Shown: positions 1 to 8,764 of the stretch, piece by piece | Position numbering within the stretch: the first letter of the stretch is position 1 | Layout of the letters: each line of letters starts with the position of its first letter | Assembly (NCBI GenBank): GCA_019057385.1 | Contig: JAHQJS010000004.1 | Coordinates: 805,062-869,061, forward strand | Origin: Candidatus Borrarchaeum weybense | GTDB taxonomy: Archaea; Asgardarchaeota; Sifarchaeia; Borrarchaeales; Borrarchaeaceae | DNA length: 64,000 nt | Reading direction: 5' to 3' | Notes under the pieces: model-generated | What the model was told of the DNA's origin: nothing | Databases searched by the model: none | Seen by the model: the letters and a program-made list of their open reading frames with translations, nothing else | Made by a program: the position numbers and the translations under genes

Positions 1-1005
1 AATGCTGTTTCCTAATTCAGCAGTCGCCTTTGCAACTTGAAGTGTTGCATACAATGTTGGGGAACCAGCACGTGTTACCATGCTTGTTGAGCAAATACTT
101 CCTGATCCAATCCCTACTCTAAGTCCTGCAACACCATCTAGCCTGCTGAGTACATCTACTGCTGCTGCATATGTTCCAATATTCCCAACTATTAAATCTG
201 CACTTACATTGTTCAAGATTTCTTTGGCCCCTTTAAAGCAATTGACGTTATGAAAATGAGCTACATCGATTACCAAAATGTCAGCGTATTTATCAAGCAC
301 TTTAGCACGTTCTAAATCAAATGGACTTATAGCTGCTGCACATAGTAATCGCCCTTCTTCATCTCTTACTGCATGTGGATACTTACCTTTTAAGAGAATA
401 TCTTTGATTGTAATCAGTCCTTTCAACTTGCCAGTTGTAGAATCAACTATTGGCAATTTTTCAATTCGATGCTTATGGAGCAATGTTTTAGCGTCATCGA
501 GGCTTACTTCTTCAGTTGCTGTGATCACATCTTTAGTCATTACATCTTCAACTTTCAAATTGTCATCAGCAAATCGTATATCGCGCCATGTAACTATTCC
601 TATTAAATTTTCGTTATCATTTAAAACTGGTAAACCATGGACATTATATTGATTCATTAATTCAGTGGCACTTTTCACAGATTCACTAGGTCTTATGGTG
701 AAAACTTCTGAAATGATGAAGGATTCTGCACGCTTGACTTTTCGTGTCATGTTTACTGCTTCTTCTTTTGTGCAGTTTCTATGTATAACTCCAAGTCCTC
801 CAAGTCTAGCTAGTTCTATCGCCATTTCTTCTTCAGTAACTGTATCCATTGGAGACGAAACAAAAGGCAAAACTAATTTGTGGTTTAAAGTGATTCTTGA
901 TGAAATATCAGGATCTTTGGGTTCAATTGAACTCCATCCTGGCAAAAGAATGACGTCATTAAATGTGATAAGCTTTTCCATATTGTTTTCTTTCCAAAAT
1001 GACAT
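1..1005 (-). CDS. guaB: IMP dehydrogenase (3' end runs off window)
   Basis: Not in the ORF track. Manual translation from ATG at 1005 gives MSFWKENNMEKLITFNDVILLPG...PFVSSPMDTVTE...GGLGVIHRN, a CBS region and the catalytic loop RVGIGSGSICST. Confidence 0.95.
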   Translation of the reverse strand, partial: MSFWKENNMEKLITFNDVILLPGWSSIEPKDPDISSRITLNHKLVLPFVSSPMDTVTEEEMAIELARLGGLGVIHRNCTKEEAVNMTRKVKRAESFIISEVFTIRPSESVKSATELMNQYNVHGLPVLNDNENLIGIVTWRDIRFADDNLKVEDVMTKDVITATEEVSLDDAKTLLHKHRIEKLPIVDSTTGKLKGLITIKDILLKGKYPHAVRDEEGRLLCAAAISPFDLERAKVLDKYADILVIDVAHFHNVNCFKGAKEILNNVSADLIVGNIGTYAAAVDVLSRLDGVAGLRVGIGSGSICSTSMVTRAGSPTLYATLQVAKATAELGNSI

Positions 1006-1068
1006 TTAGTGTCCCTCACCGACCAGGTTAATTTGGCGTGAAAAGTTACTTTAAAACCTTACAATTAT

Positions 1069-2598
1069 TTATAAAACAACGGAATGGTTGATATTATTCC
1101 ACGTTTTATGATAATTATTAATCTTTCTCTTGGAAAAGGAAAGACCAGCCCTAAGGTTATCAGGCTGTACGCTCGTCACCGAGTTCAAGACATATTCCAT
1201 CAATATCGTTTTTTTCAATATTTCGATAGTCTTGAAGGATGTTATCCCGCTGTGCTCAAAAAGGTCATGGATCCTCGACCATGTACGGTAAGGACTGCCC
1301 TGTTTCACACGGGGCTCTAAATAATCCCCGACGTGTGAGAGCACCCAATTGTAAACGGGTGGAATTGCTTCCTTGAATCCCAGCCCTCTTCGAGCTATTA
1401 CATAACTTGCTAAGTGATGGACTGACAAATTATGTAATCCTGAATACTTGTATTTCCCAATGAGGGAAGTATATCCGGGAAATACCTTTTGAATTGATAC
1501 ACCACGCTTTTCACACTTTCGCTCCAATAATTGCAGCGCAGTAGTCTTTAAATTACTTATTTTTCGATTACGTTTCGTATTATATGAAAATTCTTGGTCG
1601 AATTGTAAGTCCTCAACCACGATTCCTTTGCCTTTATTGATGCAATAATTAACGACTTTATCCATCTTATAGGAGATATAATCCTTACGTTTATCTTTTC
1701 TATAGGTGTGAAGGTTGCCAAACGATATACTATGATAGGAAAGTAATTTACCGTTCTTGTCCACATTTGTTAGTGCTAGAAAGTTATAATTGAAATCTAA
1801 GCCGATAGCGCCATCTTTGTATCTGTAAAATGTCGTCGGGTTTGGGATATCAAAAGACACATGGACAAAGTAACGTATTTTTCCCTTAAAGATGTTCCGT
1901 TTCACTGTTATCGTGTATTTATCGGCATTAAAAACCTTCTGAAACCACTTTTCCTGTACAGAATTTACGGATATGGGAATGACCAACCATTTGCGTCCTT
2001 TTTGCTTAGAGAAAGTGCGTATCTTAACTGTTTTATTAGGTAAAACCTTAATGTTATGGTTTTGTATACCATTTTGTTTCTTTCCGATACAACCAAAGGA
2101 GGAATCCCTTCGTATCCTGAATTCTTCCCTGCTTATATTACTGCGTAATCTGTCTCTAAATAATTTCTTTGTCCCAAATACAATGGGTTCTAGTTGCAAA
2201 TTATGTAGTTTAGCTATTATCGAGGATCTGCGGGCGAATAAGCCTTTTAATCGCCTATCATGCGTATCTTGTTCCTTTATTATGTTTATTTTCTTGTTAA
2301 TGACTTCTAGCTGCTTGCTCATGTATTTCCGTCTTTTTTCAAGCCAAGTTTCTTGTGCTTCCAGTTTCGCCCTATTATTAATAATGATGGTATTGACATA
2401 GGGATTGTTTTGACAAATGGACATTAAACACTGCTGGATGCTTTTATCCTCGCCAAAGCGTTTAGCAATATATTCCTCACCATAAAAAAGAAGGTTATAG
2501 CAGATTCGTTTCACACGATTATAGATTGTAAATATTTCATGTAGCGCATCTTCATGTAGTTTGTCAGGATAGATCTTGAATTTAATGGTTTGAATCAT
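1069..2598 (-). CDS. IS200/IS605/IS607 accessory TnpB-related RuvC protein
   Basis: N-terminal MIQTIKFKIYPD, RuvC-I GAIGLDFN, RuvC-II IVVEDL, and the family signature GYTSLIGKYKY...HHLASYVIARRGLG. Confidence 0.85.
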   Translation of the reverse strand: MIQTIKFKIYPDKLHEDALHEIFTIYNRVKRICYNLLFYGEEYIAKRFGEDKSIQQCLMSICQNNPYVNTIIINNRAKLEAQETWLEKRRKYMSKQLEVINKKINIIKEQDTHDRRLKGLFARRSSIIAKLHNLQLEPIVFGTKKLFRDRLRSNISREEFRIRRDSSFGCIGKKQNGIQNHNIKVLPNKTVKIRTFSKQKGRKWLVIPISVNSVQEKWFQKVFNADKYTITVKRNIFKGKIRYFVHVSFDIPNPTTFYRYKDGAIGLDFNYNFLALTNVDKNGKLLSYHSISFGNLHTYRKDKRKDYISYKMDKVVNYCINKGKGIVVEDLQFDQEFSYNTKRNRKISNLKTTALQLLERKCEKRGVSIQKVFPGYTSLIGKYKYSGLHNLSVHHLASYVIARRGLGFKEAIPPVYNWVLSHVGDYLEPRVKQGSPYRTWSRIHDLFEHSGITSFKTIEILKKTILMEYVLNSVTSVQPDNLRAGLSFSKRKINNYHKTWNNINHSVVL

Positions 2599-2625
2599 TC
2601 TTTGTTTTCCCCTACCTCTCTTCTT

Positions 2626-3408
2626 CTAGTTCAAGTTTGTTTTTGATAACTGTTTCCTAATATCTTCAAAATACAGCTTTAATCTTTGAATTTCCTTACT
2701 TGGTAATGGATTATTATGTGCAATAATATTTCTTGAAAGTTCAATCTCATCTAGCCTTGCTTTAATCCATCCTTGATTTGGAAAACGCTCTTTAAAGTCA
2801 TCCCAGTTTTTAGTAATTATTGAATGTAAATCACCAAAATCTGTGTAGGAAATCCTGTCTGAACCCCTCTGGCTATGCCATCTATTCTTTCCCTCTCTAT
2901 TTAACCTTGTATTGACTTTTCTGTTTATTGATGAGGAAACTCGTTGCTCCCACCACTTCTCTCCATAGTTTGCTTTAAGTACATTCGTAATAAAATATCT
3001 AAGTGCATTTTCAAGCAAATACAACATTGGATAGACGTCTGCCATTCGCTTTGCTTCGTTAGCCAAATTCTTGGGTATTAAAAAACCTTGGAGCAACTTT
3101 TCCCCAAATTTAATAGAGACTATTGGCGCTGTTTTTCTTTTGGTTTGCTTCGCCTTTGTCAAGGGTGTAGTTGCAGCTTGCGTTTTTCTTAACGTTATTA
3201 ATTCATCTATTTCTTCCTTCTTAAGATATTTAGAGACATCTATTTTCATTTGTGCAGCTAGAAGATTAGCAGCTGTCTTATTTGAGATCGTGTAATCATG
3301 TTCTTTCCTCTTTTCTTGTATTATTTTGTAAATGCGGCTTTTGCTCTTTCCAGTTTTTTTTAAAAGAGCATTAAACACGTCTTTATTAATTCTAGTCAGT
3401 AAATTCAC
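2626..3408 (-). CDS. Swt1-family HEPN domain protein (predicted RNase) with N-terminal helical domain
   Basis: YxxLYLLENALRxFI...WW...YTDFGDLxxII..NW..F and an intact Rx4H motif RNIIAH. Confidence 0.85.
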   Translation of the reverse strand: MNLLTRINKDVFNALLKKTGKSKSRIYKIIQEKRKEHDYTISNKTAANLLAAQMKIDVSKYLKKEEIDELITLRKTQAATTPLTKAKQTKRKTAPIVSIKFGEKLLQGFLIPKNLANEAKRMADVYPMLYLLENALRYFITNVLKANYGEKWWEQRVSSSINRKVNTRLNREGKNRWHSQRGSDRISYTDFGDLHSIITKNWDDFKERFPNQGWIKARLDEIELSRNIIAHNNPLPSKEIQRLKLYFEDIRKQLSKTNLN

Positions 3409-3649
3409 CTGGGTTAGTTTCTTCTTTCAACTTTTTTGACTCTTCTTTTCTAATCTTGTGTAACGTGACATTGACATAGTTCTGAGTCTTTCCAAGTATT
3501 CGTGCAATATCGCTTGGTTTGATTCCTAAATCATCAAGTAGTTGAACTTGTTCCTTCACTTTCATATCTTTAACAACGTATAAAGCAGTCAGTTTGATGA
3601 TTATATCTAATTTCTCTATTAATTTCTCAAACTGGTTATTATCCATCAT
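3392..3649 (-). CDS. Small HTH protein
   Basis: GIKPSDIARILGKTQNYVNVTL HTH; overlaps the HEPN start by 17 nt. Confidence 0.75.
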   Translation of the reverse strand: MMDNNQFEKLIEKLDIIIKLTALYVVKDMKVKEQVQLLDDLGIKPSDIARILGKTQNYVNVTLHKIRKEESKKLKEETNPGEFTD

Positions 3650-3727
3650 TACTCTACCTATCTGTATTATTTAGCATAGTGTATACTTTGTATCACACTT
3701 CTAATAAGATCTCAATTAACAACCAAT

Positions 3728-4051
3728 TCAGTCATATAATCCAGTAGATTGATAGTAAACTTTTCCTTCTTTTTTTATTCCACGAATCGCTCCTTTTTCG
3801 GACAACTCAGATATTCTTCCCTTTGCAGTTCTATTACTTTTACCTGTAGCTTGTGATACTTCTTCTGCTAATGTCGTATAGTCTCTTGATCCATCAGCTA
3901 AATCCAAAATTTTTCTCGAAATAGGATCCTTTGTAATTTCTTCCTTGAATTTCTGAATAATTGACCTATTAGCCAGTTTCCAAAGGATTATTAACTGATC
4001 TAATCTATTAACAACATCTTTAAGCGATACCTTTTCACTCATTAATTTCAA
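3728..4051 (-). CDS. Small winged-HTH protein (likely start ATG 4042)
   Basis: KILDLADGSRDYTTLAEEV...RISELSEKGAI...GKVYY; close paralogue of the next gene. Confidence 0.75.
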   Translation of the reverse strand: MKLMSEKVSLKDVVNRLDQLIILWKLANRSIIQKFKEEITKDPISRKILDLADGSRDYTTLAEEVSQATGKSNRTAKGRISELSEKGAIRGIKKEGKVYYQSTGLYD

Positions 4052-4171
4052 CCTGTGAGTTCATTTGATCTTTTAATCTATATTTCAACTTCGCTTCTGA
4101 AAATATTCTCTTATATCTATCTCCACGATGCACATAATTCCTTGCGTCTTATTTTTGCTCATCTAAGCCGC

Positions 4172-4492
4172 CTACTCGAACAGACCTGAATTTTCATAGT
4201 ATACTTCCCTCCCTTCCCTCCTTGTTATTAAAAATCCCATTTCTCTCAACGTTGAAATTTTCTTTTTAACCGTTATTTCTGCCACTTTCATCTCTTCAGC
4301 TATTTTCTTTGATAAATTCGAATAAGTAAGCGTTCCATCCGCCAGTTCCAAGATTCTTGAGGATACTTTATCCCTCTTTATCTCTTTTTCAAATGCCTTC
4401 AATTCATTTCGATTGCTCAGTTTCAAAAGAATTATCATCTGATCCATTTTATTAGAAATTTCCTCAAGAAGTTCTATTTCGTCTCTCTTCAC
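4172..4492 (-). CDS. ArsR-like winged-HTH protein
   Basis: RILELADGTLTYSNL...KISTLREMGFLITRREGREVYY. GTG start at 4492 chosen because a GGAGTGA RBS precedes it; the ORF track extends to 4537. Confidence 0.75.
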   Translation of the reverse strand: MKRDEIELLEEISNKMDQMIILLKLSNRNELKAFEKEIKRDKVSSRILELADGTLTYSNLSKKIAEEMKVAEITVKKKISTLREMGFLITRREGREVYYENSGLFE

Positions 4493-4496
4493 GTTA

Positions 4497-4817
4497 TCAC
4501 TCCATTTCAATGTGCCAATCTGAAGGAATATAGTCAAATCGTCTTTTGGGATATCCTCTTCTTTCGTTTTTGATTAAGTCTGCTTCTCGTAATTCCTTGA
4601 CAAACCTCTGAACACTTCTCTGACTGACATTCACCTTTTGTGCAATTTCTTCTGTATTTAACGATCCGTCACAGTGAGTCCATATTCTCTGTCTATCAAC
4701 TGTAGTCGCAATATCCTCTAAGTCTTTCCGTATTGTTTCTTTCGCTAATAACTCGACAAGTTTCCTGATTTCAGTGACTTCATCTATAAGTTTCATAAAA
4801 GATTTTTCACTAATCAT
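4497..4817 (-). CDS. Winged-HTH protein
   Basis: CDGSLNTEEIAQKVNVSQRSVQRFVKELREADLI; probable start ATG 4817 (ORF track extends to 4907). Confidence 0.75.
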   Translation of the reverse strand: MISEKSFMKLIDEVTEIRKLVELLAKETIRKDLEDIATTVDRQRIWTHCDGSLNTEEIAQKVNVSQRSVQRFVKELREADLIKNERRGYPKRRFDYIPSDWHIEME

Positions 4818-5388
4818 AACAATCATATAAAATACGACATTAAAATTTATAAATAATTTTCGTTTTTCGATATCTTGTTTAGAATAAGTGAAATTTATGA
4901 AAAACATCTCTGTAAAATCTTACTTAAATTTTGACAGATAAATATTTAATATTCATGAAATATTCTTCAAAAATAACAAATTAATGATAAAAACATTATA
5001 TATAAAAATCTCAATGATTGTTTTGAAATCTTTCACACCTAAAAAATTTTCACGCATTAATAGTATTTTGATTTGTTGGCAAAGCTACAATGAGATATCG
5101 CGAAAACTAAAACTTTTTCTTGAAAACGAGGAGTGTTTATAAATCTCCTTTAATTGCATGTATGCAAGACGAATAATTGTATTCAAACTCATTTTAAAGT
5201 CTCAATAGAAATAACATCTGAGATAAACTCATCTAGCGCCCTGTTTCCCCAATTTTATTAGTTTAATTGAGTTTTTTGAATGGTGTGTAGCGGAAAGAAT
5301 GAGGATATTTTAGGCGACGGTTGGGGAAATTTAAAATACTATCTAGTAACACCATTTATAAAATTCCATTAAAAAATCCTGTTTCGAG

Positions 5389-6048
5389 TTGGAAATTTTG
5401 ATGTCTAAGATAAGAACTGAAGATCTTATTAATGATCTTCAGAAGTTATGTGATTATGCTATTGAAAATGGTGCCTCTAGGGCAAAGTTCTTTGATACAG
5501 ATGCCGTTGTCGTAGATGAGAGAGTCCGTCTTAAGTGTCAGGTGCCATTATGCCCATCTTTCGGAATAAATCTCTGTTGCCCACCTAAAAATACTCCTTC
5601 CGTTGATGAATTTCGGGCTATGTTGGCAAACTATAATTATGCTATACTAATCCAAGTAGATACTCCCCTGAGTGAAGAACTTGCAACGATTATTAAAAGT
5701 AATGAAAGTGTGGGCGAAATTTACGAAAATCAATCATATTTTGAAAACCGAAAAGATACTCTTGACAAGGGCCAAATAAATCTACATAAAATTGTGAATA
5801 AAGTAGAAGCAAAAGCGTATTCAATGGGCTTTTATTTTGCGACAGGATTTATTGGTGGAAGTTGTAAACTATGCTCTAAATGTGTAACACAACAATCAGG
5901 AGAAGCGTGTCAGCATCCATTTCAAGCTCGCCCATCAATAGAAGCTGTTGGCATTGACGCCTTTAAAACTGCAAAGAACATTGGCTTCGAACTAAGCCCA
6001 CCAAAGGATAATTTAGTTAGATGGACAGGGTTGATTTTGGTAGACTAA
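5389..6048 (+). CDS. DUF2284-family Cys-rich metal-binding protein
   Basis: VRLKCQVPLCPSFGINLCCPP, GGSCKLCSKC, CQHPFQARPSIEAVGID. Confidence 0.85.
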   Translation: MEILMSKIRTEDLINDLQKLCDYAIENGASRAKFFDTDAVVVDERVRLKCQVPLCPSFGINLCCPPKNTPSVDEFRAMLANYNYAILIQVDTPLSEELATIIKSNESVGEIYENQSYFENRKDTLDKGQINLHKIVNKVEAKAYSMGFYFATGFIGGSCKLCSKCVTQQSGEACQHPFQARPSIEAVGIDAFKTAKNIGFELSPPKDNLVRWTGLILVD

Positions 6049-6140
6049 TTTAAATCGATTGAGTCCTCTTCGTCTACCAGTTTTTAAATTCGTTTCCAAA
6101 TGTTGATCTATTTAGATTTCATTTTTTAAAATATTAATGG

Positions 6141-6175
6141 AAAAAAAGAAAGGTGCTTCTTTTAAAAACGCACCC
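6141..6175 (-). terminator. Hairpin plus U-tract terminator of the mtmB homologue
   Basis: Minus strand GGTGC-loop-GCACC followed by TTTCTTTTTTT just after the stop codon. Confidence 0.5.
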
Positions 6176-6193
6176 TCTGTGTAGAGAGCGCTA

Positions 6194-7594
6194 TTAAATC
6201 GAAATACCTAATGTATCTTCTGCCTGCATTTTTACGCTCTTATATAGGTTATAATATTCGTCATTGGGCTTAATTGTCCTTATATCAAAGCACTCTTTGA
6301 ATGCCTTACCCTCTGGTGCTGCCTTTCCATCGTAAATTGAAAACTTTTCATTAAGAATACTATTAACGAGATCATTCGCATTTTCACGTGTTATTTGTGC
6401 CTTAGATATTGCATGAGCCAGTTCAGCTGTAAATCGGGCTTCTAATACACCAGGATGATCTTGATATTTATTAAATGCAGCAAAACAGCTTTCTATAAAT
6501 GCACATCCAGAAACTGTATGCATTAGCGTGACAGGAACTATCTCCCAGAATAACATTTCTGTACAAGGACCTGCAGCACCGCCCGCTGTTCCACCAATTA
6601 ATAACTTCGAATTTCTGCTTAAAGCTTGCATTGCGATAGAGTGTGCCCATAGCATTTTCCTTAATTGTGAAATCTCTGGTACTATGTCAACATAACGCAT
6701 ATTGTATGGCGTGCCAGTGATTGCAAAAGAATGTCTATGAACTAATTGTCCTAATATTGATCCTGCTACCCTTGCAATAGCTACTCCTTCTGGTCCTCCT
6801 GCATAACCTCCCATAATAGCGGTATATAAACCGCAAATAAGAGCATCATATCCAACAAGATGGACTACCTTTGAAAGTACCTGATAGTCTGTTTTTAAAT
6901 CAGATGCAATTGCAACCAGATGTGAGTCAGTCCTGCGAAGGCCACCTTCTGTAGAACTTGCTGCAATTTCTGCTAAACATGTAACGCTTGTTTCGGTGCC
7001 AAGAATAGACAATCCAGGTCTTCCTACTCTTCTAAGGGCCTCGTGAACTAGTGCAATTTCGTATTTTCCAGCCTCCACTTCCAAAGGCGCGCCAGCTTTA
7101 ATTGGTCTGCCATATACTGTTGTAAGAGAACCTTGATTGAAATAATCAGTTAAAGGATCTTGTGCGAAGGCAACTGCTTCTTCCAGAAAGATATCTTCAC
7201 TAGTGGGCTGACCTAATCCACCTGTTTGCATGAGTGGAGGTAATGAATCGCTTATGGCTCTCCATCTCATAACACGTGTATCCTTTTCTTCCCCCATTAC
7301 GACTTCGCCAGGTAATCTTTTTAGCATTTCTTTTATTTCAGCCTCTTCAAAAATGATCCGTCGAGATGTTGAAGTACATAGCATGCCAACCTCAAGTGCT
7401 AACTCTAATCCTGCCTCAAAAACTTCATCAGCCAATGTGTTGTCATTTGGGATAGGCTCTTCTGGAGTGCATTTGAGGTTATGTTCACTCACCAACCTGT
7501 TTACGGTCGCTGAGAATATATTTAAATCAAAATCAGTTTCCTTACAGGCTGGACCTTCTTCAACTCGATCTAAGATTTCCCAAATCGTAACCAA
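6194..7594 (-). CDS. mtmB: MtmB-family methyltransferase, pyrrolysine-free
   Basis: GRPGLSILGTETS, GGYAGGPEG, AGPCTEM, GKAFKECFD motifs. TTG 7594 follows a GGAGGT RBS (ORF track start 7639). Confidence 0.9.
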   Translation of the reverse strand: MVTIWEILDRVEEGPACKETDFDLNIFSATVNRLVSEHNLKCTPEEPIPNDNTLADEVFEAGLELALEVGMLCTSTSRRIIFEEAEIKEMLKRLPGEVVMGEEKDTRVMRWRAISDSLPPLMQTGGLGQPTSEDIFLEEAVAFAQDPLTDYFNQGSLTTVYGRPIKAGAPLEVEAGKYEIALVHEALRRVGRPGLSILGTETSVTCLAEIAASSTEGGLRRTDSHLVAIASDLKTDYQVLSKVVHLVGYDALICGLYTAIMGGYAGGPEGVAIARVAGSILGQLVHRHSFAITGTPYNMRYVDIVPEISQLRKMLWAHSIAMQALSRNSKLLIGGTAGGAAGPCTEMLFWEIVPVTLMHTVSGCAFIESCFAAFNKYQDHPGVLEARFTAELAHAISKAQITRENANDLVNSILNEKFSIYDGKAAPEGKAFKECFDIRTIKPNDEYYNLYKSVKMQAEDTLGISI

Positions 7595-7713
7595 TAATAC
7601 GACCTCCAATTGAATGTACATTCGAAATAATGTATCCATTTTATAAATGATGCATAAAAAACGAAATGAAATAATATCGTTTCTAATATTTATAAGAACT
7701 ATAGGGTGAGTTT

Positions 7714-8352
7714 ATGTCTGCTGAGGAATTAAAAAATCTAGAAGAGGCAATAATTAACGGAAATAAAGAAACTGCAATTCAAACAATAGAAAAAGCAATA
7801 GTTAATGAAATCGCTACTGAAGAGATTCTTAAACACGCAACAAAAGCCATTCAACTAGTTGGTGAAAAATTTGCATTGATGGAGCTCTTCCTCTCAGACA
7901 TGATGCATTCTGCCGAGGTAATGAAAGCCGTTTTTAAGCTTCTAAGGCCACACCTATTACAAGACGAAACACAAACTGAAAAAGGTACTGTTGTGATTGG
8001 AACGGTAAAAGGTGATATCCATGATATTGGCAAAAATATTGTTGTTGCCATGCTGGAGGGAAATGGTTTCAAAGTATACGACATTGGAGTTGATGTACCT
8101 CCAATGACCTTCGTTGAGAAAGCAGAAGAAGTTAAGGCAGATGTGATCGCAGCTTCATCTTTGCTATCAACTACAATGCCCTACCAGCAGGATATTATAC
8201 GCTTTTTAGATGATCTTGGAACACGCTCAAGTTATAAAGTTATCGTTGGTGGTGCACCAGTCACAGCTGAATGGGCAAACAAAATCGGTGCAGACGGTTA
8301 CGCTGATAATGCTATGAAAGCGGTCGACATGGTTACAAATTTGTTAATATAA
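7714..8352 (+). CDS. Methyltransferase cognate corrinoid protein (MtmC/MtbC family)
   Basis: GTVKGDIHDIGKNIV B12-binding motif, SSLLSTTM, VGGAPVT. Confidence 0.93.
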   Translation: MSAEELKNLEEAIINGNKETAIQTIEKAIVNEIATEEILKHATKAIQLVGEKFALMELFLSDMMHSAEVMKAVFKLLRPHLLQDETQTEKGTVVIGTVKGDIHDIGKNIVVAMLEGNGFKVYDIGVDVPPMTFVEKAEEVKADVIAASSLLSTTMPYQQDIIRFLDDLGTRSSYKVIVGGAPVTAEWANKIGADGYADNAMKAVDMVTNLLI

Positions 8353-8764
8353 AATAACTGTTTTCCTGAGCATTCAAAATGAAAGCAAATTTCAATGCCG
8401 ACATAAAAGCTTAGTTAATTTTTTACCCCTACTCAGAAGAAGAATCGACTTTTCGGGAAATTTTTTGCTGACTAAATCGAGATCCTCACTAAAATGTTAG
8501 AATTTTGTTTTAAACGAAATCAAGGTAAGATGATTTCAACTCATATGTTCAGAAAGTCATGATAACTCATTGTTAGTCAATAAGACATTCATACAGTCCA
8601 TAAGGATTCCTAAACTTAGCAGGAAATTATTCAATTTTTTAACATGATCGTGTCAATTATATAAATCTTGTCTCGACAAAATTAACATAAAGTATTTAAG
8701 TCTGAGATACATACCTCATTGCGGTTGAAATACTATTGAAAGTGAGCGCACGAGGTGAATTGAT

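Noticed and set aside
278-1009. Plus-strand ORFs of 124 and 114 aa
   Set aside because: Antisense shadows of guaB.
5160-5240. AAACTCAT-like short repeats as an IS607 left end making 1069-5240 one element
   Set aside because: Only two or three loose copies, no serine recombinase remnant and no definable right end.
6194-7594. Pyrrolysine recoding in mtmB
   Set aside because: No in-frame TAG; the Pyl position is CTT and no pyl genes or tRNA-Pyl are visible.
8360-8760. Riboswitch upstream of the ECF operon
   Set aside because: No recognisable cobalamin, TPP, FMN or SAM consensus.
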